From NCBI GenBank assembly GCA_048938005.1, contig JBHLMQ010000011.1, positions 1 through 64,000 on the forward strand: a stretch of DNA of 64,000 bases. Direction: 5' to 3'. This DNA is from Promethearchaeota archaeon. GTDB lineage: Archaea > Asgardarchaeota > Lokiarchaeia > Sigyniarchaeales > SOKP01. Positions 31,671 through 41,530 of the stretch are shown here, one piece after another (position 1 is the stretch's first letter; the number at the start of each line of letters is the position of its first letter). Position numbers and translations under genes: made by a program. The notes below the pieces were generated by a model. The model was not told the DNA's origin and ran no database searches. It saw nothing but the letters and a program-made list of their open reading frames with translations.

Positions 31671-33155
31671 TTATGTATTCCATCTCCCTGGATTAAAGAT
31701 ATTATTAGGATCCATACAGTTTTTTATCTTATCAAATAACTTTAACCAGCCTGGATTGATTTTCTCTCGCAATTTTGCTGTTATCCAAGAGGGTGTTTTA
31801 TAAGGGATACACCCTAAATCTATACAGACATCAGCAATTTCATTTAATAATTTTACAATTCTTTCTTGATCTGAAAATTTTTTAAAACGAAAAATTGGTC
31901 TAAATATTCCATAATGACCCCCTTTCATAATTTTAAGATAATTATAGGGTGGTACACCATATTTATAATATAATTCATCAGTTTTTTTAATCAATTCCTC
32001 AAACTTATCTGACGGGGCATAAGCACCAAACCATGTAAGACCACTATATTCATGCAAAGAAAGGATTTGAGAGGGTAGATCATAAATATTTCGAGCTTTT
32101 AAATTAAAGAGCTTTGCAAACTCATTATAATCAACCAAATGAATATTAGCTCCTTTTTTATTCAAATCTTCAATTATCATTGTTAATATTTCTAATTTAG
32201 CTTCCATTTGTTTTTCTGTTTTTGCTGAGATTGGCATTACTCCTGTATATATTGGTTCTCCTGGATATCTTTTAGGTTCAGGAATACCTATTTCCATTTT
32301 AGCCACTTCTACGGAGAAGGCTGCAATATCATTAATTATATCTGCTCTTCCAACCTCTCTTAAAAACGGAGCTATATCCGTTAAACCAAAAAATAATACA
32401 AGTTGAGGTTTTTCAATTGGTTCTTTTGGCCATAATTGAACTGAACATTTTGTTACAAGACCTGTCATTCCTTGAAAATTTACAAATAGCCCAATTAAAT
32501 CAGGCATAGGATATCGACACCACCAACTATCAAAATTCTCATTATTTGTTCCATAAAAGCATGAACCAATCCTTACAACTTCTCCATCTGCGGTTATGAC
32601 TTCTAAACTATTAATACTTTCTGCCATTGATCCTATTTTTGCGGCTAAACTTGTCATACCGCTTAAAAGGGCATTTCCTACGACACCAGCATATGGAGGA
32701 GCGTTGGGATAACTATATCTTAAATTAGGATAATTATCATCTAAGCATTTTTTTAATTGCCCAAAAGTAACTCCTGGTTCCAACACAGCATACATCATAT
32801 TTTCATCTATGTAAAGAATTTTATTCATTTTCTTACCGAAATCTACAATTATTCCACCATAATCAGGAATTGTAAGCCCTCCTACATTATTACCAGTTGC
32901 ATAAGGAACAATAGGAATTACATTTTTGTTACAAAATTTAACAAGCTGGACTAATTGTTCTACTTTCTCAGGAATTACAACAAAGTCAGGCATATGTGGC
33001 TCATTTTCTGTCATATCATAAGAATAGGGATATAGATCTACTTGTTTACTTGTTACATTCGATGAACCGAATATATCAACTAATTTGTCATAGACATCTT
33101 GTTTAGAAGCTCTTTCAAATATGTTTCTTTTATTAGTTTTTGTAATTTCCATCAA
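31671..33155 (-). CDS. FAD-binding oxidoreductase (FAD-linked oxidase, GlcD/VAO-like family)
   Basis: PDFVVIP, EPGVTF, G..GLVTK and DPNNIFNPG motifs. Confidence 0.88.
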   Translation of the reverse strand: MMEITKTNKRNIFERASKQDVYDKLVDIFGSSNVTSKQVDLYPYSYDMTENEPHMPDFVVIPEKVEQLVQLVKFCNKNVIPIVPYATGNNVGGLTIPDYGGIIVDFGKKMNKILYIDENMMYAVLEPGVTFGQLKKCLDDNYPNLRYSYPNAPPYAGVVGNALLSGMTSLAAKIGSMAESINSLEVITADGEVVRIGSCFYGTNNENFDSWWCRYPMPDLIGLFVNFQGMTGLVTKCSVQLWPKEPIEKPQLVLFFGLTDIAPFLREVGRADIINDIAAFSVEVAKMEIGIPEPKRYPGEPIYTGVMPISAKTEKQMEAKLEILTMIIEDLNKKGANIHLVDYNEFAKLFNLKARNIYDLPSQILSLHEYSGLTWFGAYAPSDKFEELIKKTDELYYKYGVPPYNYLKIMKGGHYGIFRPIFRFKKFSDQERIVKLLNEIADVCIDLGCIPYKTPSWITAKLREKINPGWLKLFDKIKNCMDPNNIFNPGRWNT

Positions 33156-33159
33156 CTCT

Positions 33160-33582
33160 TTATCTTGTTTCTTTATTTAATTCATAATATTTTAGATTAG
33201 GGTCTTCAGCAACCATTATCATAGAGTCTACAAAAACATTGTAAAATTTGACAATCATACTACTGTCTTCACCTAATCCTTCAATTTCCATTTTTCCTTC
33301 ATTTAACACATTGAAAGGATCTAATCTTCCGTATGCAATGTCTAACATCGTATGAATATCTATTTTTACTTTTAGATCTGCATCCTCGAGATAAATTCTC
33401 TCAAAACTAATATTATTTTCTTTAAAAATGACAGTTATAGGATAAAACGGTGTTATATGCAGAACAACCTTTTTATTCCAATCTTTTATGTGTTTAATAA
33501 AGTTCTTATCATTTTTACGGTATTTAAAAATATTATACAAGGATAGAGATATCAAATCATCTGGCATGTCTATACTTAGCAT
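33160..33582 (-). CDS. SCP2-like domain protein
   Basis: ADLKV...GRLDPF....GKMEIEG motif; 4 nt upstream of the FAD oxidoreductase. Confidence 0.6.
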   Translation of the reverse strand: MLSIDMPDDLISLSLYNIFKYRKNDKNFIKHIKDWNKKVVLHITPFYPITVIFKENNISFERIYLEDADLKVKIDIHTMLDIAYGRLDPFNVLNEGKMEIEGLGEDSSMIVKFYNVFVDSMIMVAEDPNLKYYELNKETR

Positions 33583-33711
33583 AATTTACTCTTAAGAAAT
33601 TTTACTATAATTGGACAAATGAATTTATAATAATTAAATTATGAATATTTAAAATTAAGAATTATCGTTAAATTGATCTTTTTTCATAATAAAAAAATTA
33701 AATAATAAATT

Positions 33712-34962
33712 TTAAGGGAAAATGCCTCTTAATTTTATTGCTTCAGCAATCCTTGATACTGCGATAATATAAGCGGCTGTACGAAGTTGTAGATTCCTTT
33801 CTTTTGAAATTTGATAAACTTCTTCAAACGCTTTTAAAATAATTTTCCTTAATTCTTTATTAATCCTTTCTAAATCCCAAAAATATGCACGAATATCTTG
33901 AACATATTCAAAATATGAAACACATACGCCACCGCCATTTGCAAGAATATCTGGAAGCACATGAATTCCTTTATTAAACAATATTTTATCTGCTTCAGGC
34001 GTAACAGGTCCATTAGCCCCTTCTAAAACAATTTTACATTTAATATCATTAGCATTCTTTTCTGTTATCTGATTCTCGAGAGCAGCTGGAATTAAAACAT
34101 CACAATCGATTATAAGCAAATCATCATTGGTAATTAATTTATACCTCTTATCTTTATAATCTTTCAAGTAATTCCCTTCTACAGTCCACTCTAATAATTT
34201 GTCAATTTCCAATCCTTCGGAAAAATAAAGTCCTCCAGATATATCTGAAACCGCTATTACATTACAACCCTCTTTATATAATATATCGGCAATCGTACCA
34301 CCTACATTTCCAAAACCTTGAACTACAATATTCTGCGATTTTAAATCTAAATTCAGCTTTTCACACATCGCCTCAAGCACAAAATATAATCCCATTCCTG
34401 TAGCAGGTTCTCGACCAACAGATCCACCAATGGAAATAGGTTTTCCTGTAACTACTCCTGGAACAGAACGCCCTTTATTCATACTATAGGTATCCATCAT
34501 CCAAGCCATAATTTGGGCATTTGTGTTAACATCTGGTGCAGGGATGTCGATATCTGGACCAATAATATTAATTATTTCGGATGTATATCTCCTAGTAAGG
34601 CGTTCTAATTCCGCTCGTGATAATTTTCTAGGATCAACACAAACTCCTCCCTTAGCTCCCCCTAAGGGCAAATTTAAAAGACTACACTTCCAAGTCATCC
34701 AAGTAGCTAAAGCTTTAACTTCATCTAAAGTGACTTCTGGAGAAAATCTTACACCTCCCTTTCCAGGACCTCGAACAGTTGAATGATGAACTCGATATCC
34801 CTCAAAAATTTGGAGATTTCCATCATCCATCATAATAGGAATTGAAACGATTAGTGATCGTTCTACTCTCTTAAGATATCTAGTTAAATTAGGATCTAAT
34901 CCCATCTCTTTAGCAACAATATCTATTTGTTTTTTTGCTACTTCAAATGGATTTAATTTCAT
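33712..34962 (-). CDS. gdhA: Glutamate dehydrogenase (Glu/Leu/Phe/Val dehydrogenase family)
   Basis: GPGKGGVRF, GGAKGG, DIPAPDV, VTGKP, QGFGNVG and EGANGP motifs. Confidence 0.95.
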   Translation of the reverse strand: MKLNPFEVAKKQIDIVAKEMGLDPNLTRYLKRVERSLIVSIPIMMDDGNLQIFEGYRVHHSTVRGPGKGGVRFSPEVTLDEVKALATWMTWKCSLLNLPLGGAKGGVCVDPRKLSRAELERLTRRYTSEIINIIGPDIDIPAPDVNTNAQIMAWMMDTYSMNKGRSVPGVVTGKPISIGGSVGREPATGMGLYFVLEAMCEKLNLDLKSQNIVVQGFGNVGGTIADILYKEGCNVIAVSDISGGLYFSEGLEIDKLLEWTVEGNYLKDYKDKRYKLITNDDLLIIDCDVLIPAALENQITEKNANDIKCKIVLEGANGPVTPEADKILFNKGIHVLPDILANGGGVCVSYFEYVQDIRAYFWDLERINKELRKIILKAFEEVYQISKERNLQLRTAAYIIAVSRIAEAIKLRGIFP

Positions 34963-35074
34963 AAGTTATCACCTTTTTGAAAAATAAATTTTGAATTGAT
35001 CTTAATAAAGTAATTTTTAGATTATATGAATTGTATTATTATTTTTTAATATTTAAAAAATTTCAAAAAAAGTA

Positions 35075-36112
35075 TTATAAATTAACAAGGCAATATTGTA
35101 CAAATTTTAAAGGATCATTTGCGCATCCTCCTGAATCTAATCCTCCTAATTGATCTAGAATCTTTTGAGGGATAAGATTATCAGCAATCCACAAATCTTT
35201 TAAATTCATCAAGGATTCTAATCCTTTAATTTGTATTATCTGGTTTTGGCCTAAATCAAGCGTTTCTAAATTTGTCAATGTTTCAAGTCCTTTAATTTCA
35301 CTTATATTATTTTCTGATAGAAAGAGATTCTCTAAATTAAGTAAGGAATATAGTCCTTTAATGTGGCGAATATTGTTTTGTTTTAAATTTAGTATTATTA
35401 AATCTTTACAGTTATCCAAACCTTTAATTTCTGAAATTTGATTAGTATTAAGCCATAGAGTTTCCATACTTTCTAAAGTATTTAATCCATTTATTTCTTC
35501 GATTAAATTGTTATTTAGATAAAGACTCTTTAATTTTTTAAGATTTTCTAACCCAGCAATATTTTTAATTTGATTTCCAGCAAGGTTTAACACTTCTAAA
35601 TTCTCTAAATTTTCAAGATTTTTCATTTCCTGTAGTTGATTTCCTGCAATCCATAAAACTTCTAGATTTGTTAAATTATCAAGAGCTTTAATTTCTGTTA
35701 TGTTATTCCATGAAAGATCTAACCTTATTAACGAAGTTAAATTTTCTAAACCTTTTAGCTCGGTTATTTTATTTCCCCTTAAATATAACTCTTCCAAATT
35801 TCTTAAATTTTCTAATCCCTTTATCTCCGTTAATTTATTACTTACTAGATGTAAAATCTTGAGTTTTTCTAAATTTTCTAAACCTTTAATTTCTACAATT
35901 TTATTACTACCCAAATTTAAAATTTCTAAATCGGTTAAGTCGTCCAAACCTTTTATTACTACAATGTCATTTGAACTTAACTCTAGATTCTTTAAATCCT
36001 TTAGTTTCGATAATCCTTGTATTTCATCGATATCTTTTATTTCTAAAAGACCTAAATCCAGAAAACCGTCCTTAACATCAAACCTAGTACCCGCTAATTC
36101 AACAGATTTCAT
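35075..36112 (-). CDS. Leucine-rich repeat protein (SDS22-like 22-aa repeats)
   Basis: About 13 repeats of LxxLxLxxNxIxEIKGLENL. Confidence 0.92.
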   Translation of the reverse strand: MKSVELAGTRFDVKDGFLDLGLLEIKDIDEIQGLSKLKDLKNLELSSNDIVVIKGLDDLTDLEILNLGSNKIVEIKGLENLEKLKILHLVSNKLTEIKGLENLRNLEELYLRGNKITELKGLENLTSLIRLDLSWNNITEIKALDNLTNLEVLWIAGNQLQEMKNLENLENLEVLNLAGNQIKNIAGLENLKKLKSLYLNNNLIEEINGLNTLESMETLWLNTNQISEIKGLDNCKDLIILNLKQNNIRHIKGLYSLLNLENLFLSENNISEIKGLETLTNLETLDLGQNQIIQIKGLESLMNLKDLWIADNLIPQKILDQLGGLDSGGCANDPLKFVQYCLVNL

Positions 36113-36294
36113 ATAGTTTACGCCATTTAACTTTCTAAAATAACATACTGTTATTAATTCGATATAAATAATTATATAAGCCTTATTATTTATTCATTTT
36201 TTTTATAAAAACTTATTATAAGTTTAAACAAGATTTAACCTGATTCTATAACATAATAAAAACTTATTAAATCTTAATTTAGTATAAGATTAAT

Positions 36295-36447
36295 ATGAAT
36301 GTAGTTGTTTGTAAAGAGTGTGGATACTCCTTCGAAAATAAAATTGAAGGTAAATATTTTTGCCCAAATTGTTCGAAAGAAATGAAATTTTTTAAATTTG
36401 AAGCTTTTTGTGGAGCTAAACCTAATGAAATTCATGAAAATGATTAA
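36295..36447 (+). CDS. Small zinc-ribbon/rubredoxin-like protein (50 aa)
   Basis: Manual translation MNVVVCKECGYSFENKIEGKYFCPNCSKEMKFFKFEAFCGAKPNEIHEND*; two CxxC pairs. Confidence 0.65.
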   Translation: MNVVVCKECGYSFENKIEGKYFCPNCSKEMKFFKFEAFCGAKPNEIHEND

Positions 36448-36478
36448 AGTTATAAGTTAACGTATTTTCTTTCTTTTT

Positions 36479-37186
36479 ATGGCAAGAGCACTCTATATGG
36501 ATGATTCTTATCTTAAAAATTGGAATGCTAAAGTCCTAAACGTTACAGATGATAAATATATTGTTCTTGATAAGACGGCATTCTATCCTAAGGGAGGCGG
36601 TCAACCATGGGATGAAGGCTTTATCATTAAAGATGATGAAAAATTTAAAGTGATTTATGTTGGAAAGTTCTCAGGTAAAATAAGTCATGAAGTAGATAAA
36701 CCAGGTTTAAAAGAAGGTGATGAAGTGAATTGTGAAATTAACTGGGAACGAAGATATACTTTTATGCGCTATCATACAGCTTCTCACTTAATCAGTAATA
36801 TACTTTACAACAGAGCAGGAGCAAAAATTACAGGTAATCAAATTGAGTTGGATAAAACGAGGATGGATTTTTCAATGAAAGATTATTCTCCAGAAAAACT
36901 GCGTGAATTTGTCGATGAAGCTAATAGGATTATCAAGAAAAATTTGCCAATAACCATCAATTACATGACTAAAGACGAAGTTTTAGGAAGACCAGAATTA
37001 GCTAGATTAGCAGTAGGATTACCCGAAAATATTAAGGAATTTCGTATCGTTAATATCGGTGAGATAGATGAACAAGTCGATGGTGGCACTCATGTTAACA
37101 CCCTAAAAGAAATTGGGAATATTGAAGTTATTAAAACCATAAATAAAGGGAAAAATAACAGAAGAATGTATTTTGTTTTGAAATAA
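36479..37186 (+). CDS. alaX: Alanyl-tRNA editing protein (AlaX-M type)
   Basis: TAFYPKGGGQP.D, RYHTASH and DGGTHV motifs; 235 aa. Confidence 0.9.
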   Translation: MARALYMDDSYLKNWNAKVLNVTDDKYIVLDKTAFYPKGGGQPWDEGFIIKDDEKFKVIYVGKFSGKISHEVDKPGLKEGDEVNCEINWERRYTFMRYHTASHLISNILYNRAGAKITGNQIELDKTRMDFSMKDYSPEKLREFVDEANRIIKKNLPITINYMTKDEVLGRPELARLAVGLPENIKEFRIVNIGEIDEQVDGGTHVNTLKEIGNIEVIKTINKGKNNRRMYFVLK

Positions 37187-37233
37187 TAATTATACTGTTC
37201 TTAATAAAAATATAAAATAATATTGTTTTTACT

Positions 37234-38967
37234 ATGGTTGAAAATAAACCTGGTAAGAAGGAGAAAAAGAAGTTAATAGCTCGGTTGGGGAAAAAACAAG
37301 TAATTTCTGTAGGAATAATATCATCAGTAGCAATAGCAGTGATTATTAGCGGTATTTATTTCTTTACAATACCAGAGGTAAGAGGTGATGAAATTATCAT
37401 TGGTTTGAACGATGCTCCAAATTCTATCGATCCACTTAAGAATCCAACTCCAAAATATGTAAATCTAATCATAATTGATCAAATTGCGGAAGGATTATTT
37501 GCTTACGACCAAAACAAAACGGATACTCCCATTACTCCTAATCTAGCATTGAATGGGAGTTGGAGCCTTGATCACCTAAATTTCACTTGTACTCTAAGAA
37601 GTAATGTCACATTCCACGATGGAACACCATTTAATGCTACAGCTGTAAAATGGAACTTTGATAGAATTTATAAATTTATTGAAATTATGCCGCAATATGA
37701 CACGATGTATTGGTATCCTGCATATTTAGACTCAGAAGGTAATCCAATCATAAATCGCACTGAAATAGTAAATGATTATACTGTAAAATTTGTCTTAAAC
37801 AAACCTTATGTTCCTATAAGGGATTTACTTACCCTCTGGAACTCTTACATACTTTCCCCGAATTCTACTCCAGATGACGAATTCATCGATATTAGGACTG
37901 GGAAGCTAGTCGGAACTGGCCCTTTTATTTTTGATTCCTGTGAGGTAGATTTCTACGGTGAGAGTTTGAAAACAGATATGCATGCTAATCCAAATTATTG
38001 GGGTGGAACACCCTCAATTAATATACTGTCATTTCTTGCATTAAATTCTGGTACAGAAAGAATGGAAAGAATGTTATCTGGAGAGCTTTCATATACTATG
38101 GGACCTCGTGATGATAGTGTACTCGATATATACAGAAACACTCCCGGAATTACTGTAGTTCCAAAAACAAGATTGAATTTATTTTATCTTGGTATGAATA
38201 ACAACACAATAGATGTCACAATGAGAAGGGCAATTTCTTATGCTTTTAATTATACTCGCCATATTGAAGAATATTGGGGAGGACATGCAGAGAGAGCAAG
38301 ATCTCCTCTTTCAAATAGGATGCGTTATTCTAACTGGGAGGATTTTGATGTGCCAGATTATAATATTACAAGAGCAAGACAAATCTTAAAAGATGCGAAT
38401 TGGCCTGGAACAAGTGGGTTAACCGCAAACGATAATATAACTACTGGAAACGAGTGGGAAATGATAGCAAATAGTTCAACACCTCTAAGAATATATAATT
38501 TTTCGACTTGTACTTCATGGATGGAATTCGTAGCTAATCTAACAATTGCAGATCTCAAACAGATTGGAGTGAAAGTAAATATTCTTAAAATGGGAGGTGT
38601 TGAATTTTTTGATAAATTATATGAAGGTGAACACGATATTTTTACGGCAGGATGGGGAGTTACTCGTACGGACCCTGTTGATGTTATCAACCCATTATAC
38701 TCAAGTAAAGTAGATGGGGTTAGTAATTATATTAATTTCAATGATACAAAAGTACAACAATGGATGGAACAAGCTCTTGAAGAATTTAATGAAACCAAAA
38801 GGGAACAATTATACTTTAAGATTCAACAGCGCTTTATTGAACAGCTTAATCCATTCCTATGGCTAGCTCATCCTATAGATTATGATATTTGGGATTCAGA
38901 TGTAAAAGGAATCCCAATAGATGGAGCTCCATTGAGACTTATATTAAAATATTGTTATTTAACTTAA
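37234..38967 (+). CDS. Family 5 solute-binding protein, membrane-anchored (cassette 1)
   Basis: LR..V.FHDGTPFNATAVKW and GTGPF motifs; Lys-rich N-terminus followed by one TM. Confidence 0.88.
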   Translation: MVENKPGKKEKKKLIARLGKKQVISVGIISSVAIAVIISGIYFFTIPEVRGDEIIIGLNDAPNSIDPLKNPTPKYVNLIIIDQIAEGLFAYDQNKTDTPITPNLALNGSWSLDHLNFTCTLRSNVTFHDGTPFNATAVKWNFDRIYKFIEIMPQYDTMYWYPAYLDSEGNPIINRTEIVNDYTVKFVLNKPYVPIRDLLTLWNSYILSPNSTPDDEFIDIRTGKLVGTGPFIFDSCEVDFYGESLKTDMHANPNYWGGTPSINILSFLALNSGTERMERMLSGELSYTMGPRDDSVLDIYRNTPGITVVPKTRLNLFYLGMNNNTIDVTMRRAISYAFNYTRHIEEYWGGHAERARSPLSNRMRYSNWEDFDVPDYNITRARQILKDANWPGTSGLTANDNITTGNEWEMIANSSTPLRIYNFSTCTSWMEFVANLTIADLKQIGVKVNILKMGGVEFFDKLYEGEHDIFTAGWGVTRTDPVDVINPLYSSKVDGVSNYINFNDTKVQQWMEQALEEFNETKREQLYFKIQQRFIEQLNPFLWLAHPIDYDIWDSDVKGIPIDGAPLRLILKYCYLT

Positions 38968-38977
38968 TTAAACGAAG

Positions 38978-39967
38978 TTAAGTTGGGACACTATATAGAT
39001 TCCAAAAATAATCTCCTCCATCCCATTTAAATAAAGTGAAATTATAGTTATTTTGAGTAGGAAAATCTTTGGAATAAAAAAATTGTCCTGCCATTAATGG
39101 TAAGGTATCCCTCTCGAAGCCTATCCATGTATTTTGTCCTTCAACGCCGAAACCAGTTTTATTATACAATGTAAATTGAGCCCCGATATTAGGTGAATAA
39201 TCATTATAGATTAAAGAGATGTATCCAGTTTTTGTAATTCCAGTACCAGTAATATTGGCACCCATTTCTTCAAATTGATAAATATCAATAGTAATATAAC
39301 CTATTTCATTAACAAAAGTCAATGTACAATTTTGATTATATTGATTGTTATAAGCTTTTAATGTTATATCTCCATTATTGACAATTCCAGTTACATTGCC
39401 TAAAATGTTACAGGAAGTAAAATCATAAAAAATATTACCATTAATGACATTTGTGAATACGTTATTTAGGTTAATTCCCATTGGTGTGATCACTTCGACT
39501 GCCCCTTCTAGAACTGATGAATTAATATCAAAAATAACATCAGCTCGTAATAAAACATTTATGTTAATATTTGCTTTATGTAGATTTGAAAAATCCGCTA
39601 TCATGTCTGATTTTATTTCTAAAGTGAAATTTATTGGAGAAGTCAAGTTTTCCCAATAAATATTCAATAGATCTAAGTACGATTTTCCATCTAAGTTTGG
39701 ACCTGCCATCTCAATATTTACGTCTATTTTTACAAGATAATCAACCGGTTGAGTATTATAATTTATATTGATTTTACCTACATCAGCATTAAGATTCAAT
39801 TGTCTTTCAAGAGGGTGTGTAGTTGATGAATATACATATGTAAGGGATTCATCAATCCTACTATAATTTGAATATTCAGCTAATAGAATGACGGTTGGAA
39901 TACTTATAATAATAAGAGCAAAAGTAATGTTTATTATGATAAGTATGGTTTTATAATTTCTCTCCAT
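38978..39967 (-). CDS. Membrane-anchored beta-solenoid-like protein (cassette 1)
   Basis: N-terminal TM; LNLNADVGKI and GANITG motifs; paralog of 29490, 47849 and 57121. Confidence 0.72.
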   Translation of the reverse strand: MERNYKTILIIINITFALIIISIPTVILLAEYSNYSRIDESLTYVYSSTTHPLERQLNLNADVGKININYNTQPVDYLVKIDVNIEMAGPNLDGKSYLDLLNIYWENLTSPINFTLEIKSDMIADFSNLHKANININVLLRADVIFDINSSVLEGAVEVITPMGINLNNVFTNVINGNIFYDFTSCNILGNVTGIVNNGDITLKAYNNQYNQNCTLTFVNEIGYITIDIYQFEEMGANITGTGITKTGYISLIYNDYSPNIGAQFTLYNKTGFGVEGQNTWIGFERDTLPLMAGQFFYSKDFPTQNNYNFTLFKWDGGDYFWNLYSVPT

Positions 39968-40007
39968 TATTACAATTCTTGAAAGATTACAAATTTCTCT
40001 AAGTAAT

Positions 40008-40033
40008 TAGATAAGATAAGTTTGTATTTAAAT
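40008..40033 (-). promoter_or_regulatory. Conserved promoter motif upstream of the beta-solenoid genes
   Basis: TTAGATAAGA(T/G)AG-N4/5-TATTTAAAT recurs at about 40008, 48918 and 58157; it contains a TATA-like ATTTAAATA on the minus strand. Confidence 0.6.
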
Positions 40034-40150
40034 TGTTTACCAAAAATAATCCTATATAGCCCTCTATTGAAATTTATCAAAAAAGCATAATTTATTAATA
40101 TTGAAATTCCTTAATAGATATTTATTGATTAATTTAACTTAGCAGATGTT

Positions 40151-41143
40151 ATGACATTCGATCCTCTAGAACGTTTTTTCTCAAGCATGGCTATTTTTCT
40201 ATTATTTATTTGTAGTCTTTTATATATCTCCAGGGGATTTAAAAGAGACGATAAAAATGAAAGAATTTTAATGTTCGGATTTGGAGTTTTTTCGTTTAAG
40301 ATTGCCTTAACAAGACTATTTTTTTATATCATCGACTATTTTTTGATCGGAACTTACACTGGCGATTTAAATATTATTATTCAGACTTACGATGTCGTAA
40401 ATTATATTTTTCTATATTTCTACTTATATCTATATATCCAAGTTTTTATAAGTACAATAGTTATAATGACCATATTTATTTGGTCGTCATTCAAGTCAAA
40501 ACATGAATTTCAGGCAATCTCATCAGTTATAGCGATCGGATTTGCCATATTTTTAATTGGATGGAGTTTTGAGGCATTTATTATAAAAAATTTAAGAATA
40601 TTTACTCCTGCAATACCTCCGATATTTATAATAATGGGAGTTCTTATAACTATTTCACCGTTAATAGGCTATATTGAATTCTTTTCAAAACGCATTGTCA
40701 AAGTATTTATTTTAATCATGATAAGTTTACTCGCAATATATATAGGATTAACTTTAATTTTTAATATTCAATTGGTTGATTTGGTCCTAATTATAATTTG
40801 GATAGCCGTTTTTACTCTCATTTTAACAATAGGATATATATTTTATAATTATGTGAAAAGAAGAGAATCTGGCAAGTATAAGGAAGAACTAAAAGATACA
40901 TTAAGAATTTTTACCAAACCTCCTAAATTTGATATACAAGAAATCAAATATAGTAGAGAAAAAGAATTATGTCTGGTGTGCAAAAATAAGATTTCAGGAT
41001 TGACATATGTTTGTCCTAAATGTGGTGCATGGTACTGTTTAGCCTGTTGTGAAGCCTTAACTGAGTTAGAAAACGCTTGTTGGGGATGCGAAACACCTTT
41101 TGATAAGTTTAAATCTGTAAAATATATGAATAAAAATTATTGA
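40151..41143 (+). CDS. ~7TM membrane protein with C-terminal C4C4 RING-like zinc finger (cassette 1)
   Basis: Seven hydrophobic segments by eye; Cx2Cx10Cx2Cx4Cx2Cx10Cx2C tail. Confidence 0.8.
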   Translation: MTFDPLERFFSSMAIFLLFICSLLYISRGFKRDDKNERILMFGFGVFSFKIALTRLFFYIIDYFLIGTYTGDLNIIIQTYDVVNYIFLYFYLYLYIQVFISTIVIMTIFIWSSFKSKHEFQAISSVIAIGFAIFLIGWSFEAFIIKNLRIFTPAIPPIFIIMGVLITISPLIGYIEFFSKRIVKVFILIMISLLAIYIGLTLIFNIQLVDLVLIIIWIAVFTLILTIGYIFYNYVKRRESGKYKEELKDTLRIFTKPPKFDIQEIKYSREKELCLVCKNKISGLTYVCPKCGAWYCLACCEALTELENACWGCETPFDKFKSVKYMNKNY

Positions 41144-41173
41144 AGAAATTTTATAAAAAAAATTCATGAAAAA

Positions 41174-41371
41174 GTGAAGTTAATGATTGATTTTATTTTT
41201 TTAATTCTAATTATTTTCTTAATAATTTCATTTCTTACTTCATTAATTATATCAATATGGGTTTATAGAGATGCAAAAAACAGGGATCTAAATGCTTTCC
41301 TATGGATTTTAATAATATGGTTGATCCCTAGCTTATTTGGATTATATTTTTATCTAAAAAGTAGAGAATAA
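41174..41371 (+). CDS. Small membrane protein, PLDc_N-like (cassette 1)
   Basis: IWVYRDAK.R..NA..W...W.IP...G...Y motif; paralog of 59460. Confidence 0.7.
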   Translation: MKLMIDFIFLILIIFLIISFLTSLIISIWVYRDAKNRDLNAFLWILIIWLIPSLFGLYFYLKSRE

Positions 41372-41530
41372 TTATTAAAAAATATACATCCTTATATCAT
41401 TAGAGAATATCGTAAAGTCTTTTTGATTATAATCAATAAATTTACTTCAATTAGAATTAATATCTATAAATAAATTAGCTAGAAGCATAAAAACAGAAAG
41501 CTACACAATTATGGAGGGGTATAATTAATC

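Noticed and set aside
35700-36116. 138-aa plus-strand ORF
   Set aside because: Antisense shadow of the LRR gene; its periodicity mirrors the LRR codons.
40151-41143. Rhodopsin or bona fide GPCR call for the 7TM proteins
   Set aside because: No retinal-binding Lys evident in the last helix and no GPCR motifs seen; TM count alone is insufficient.
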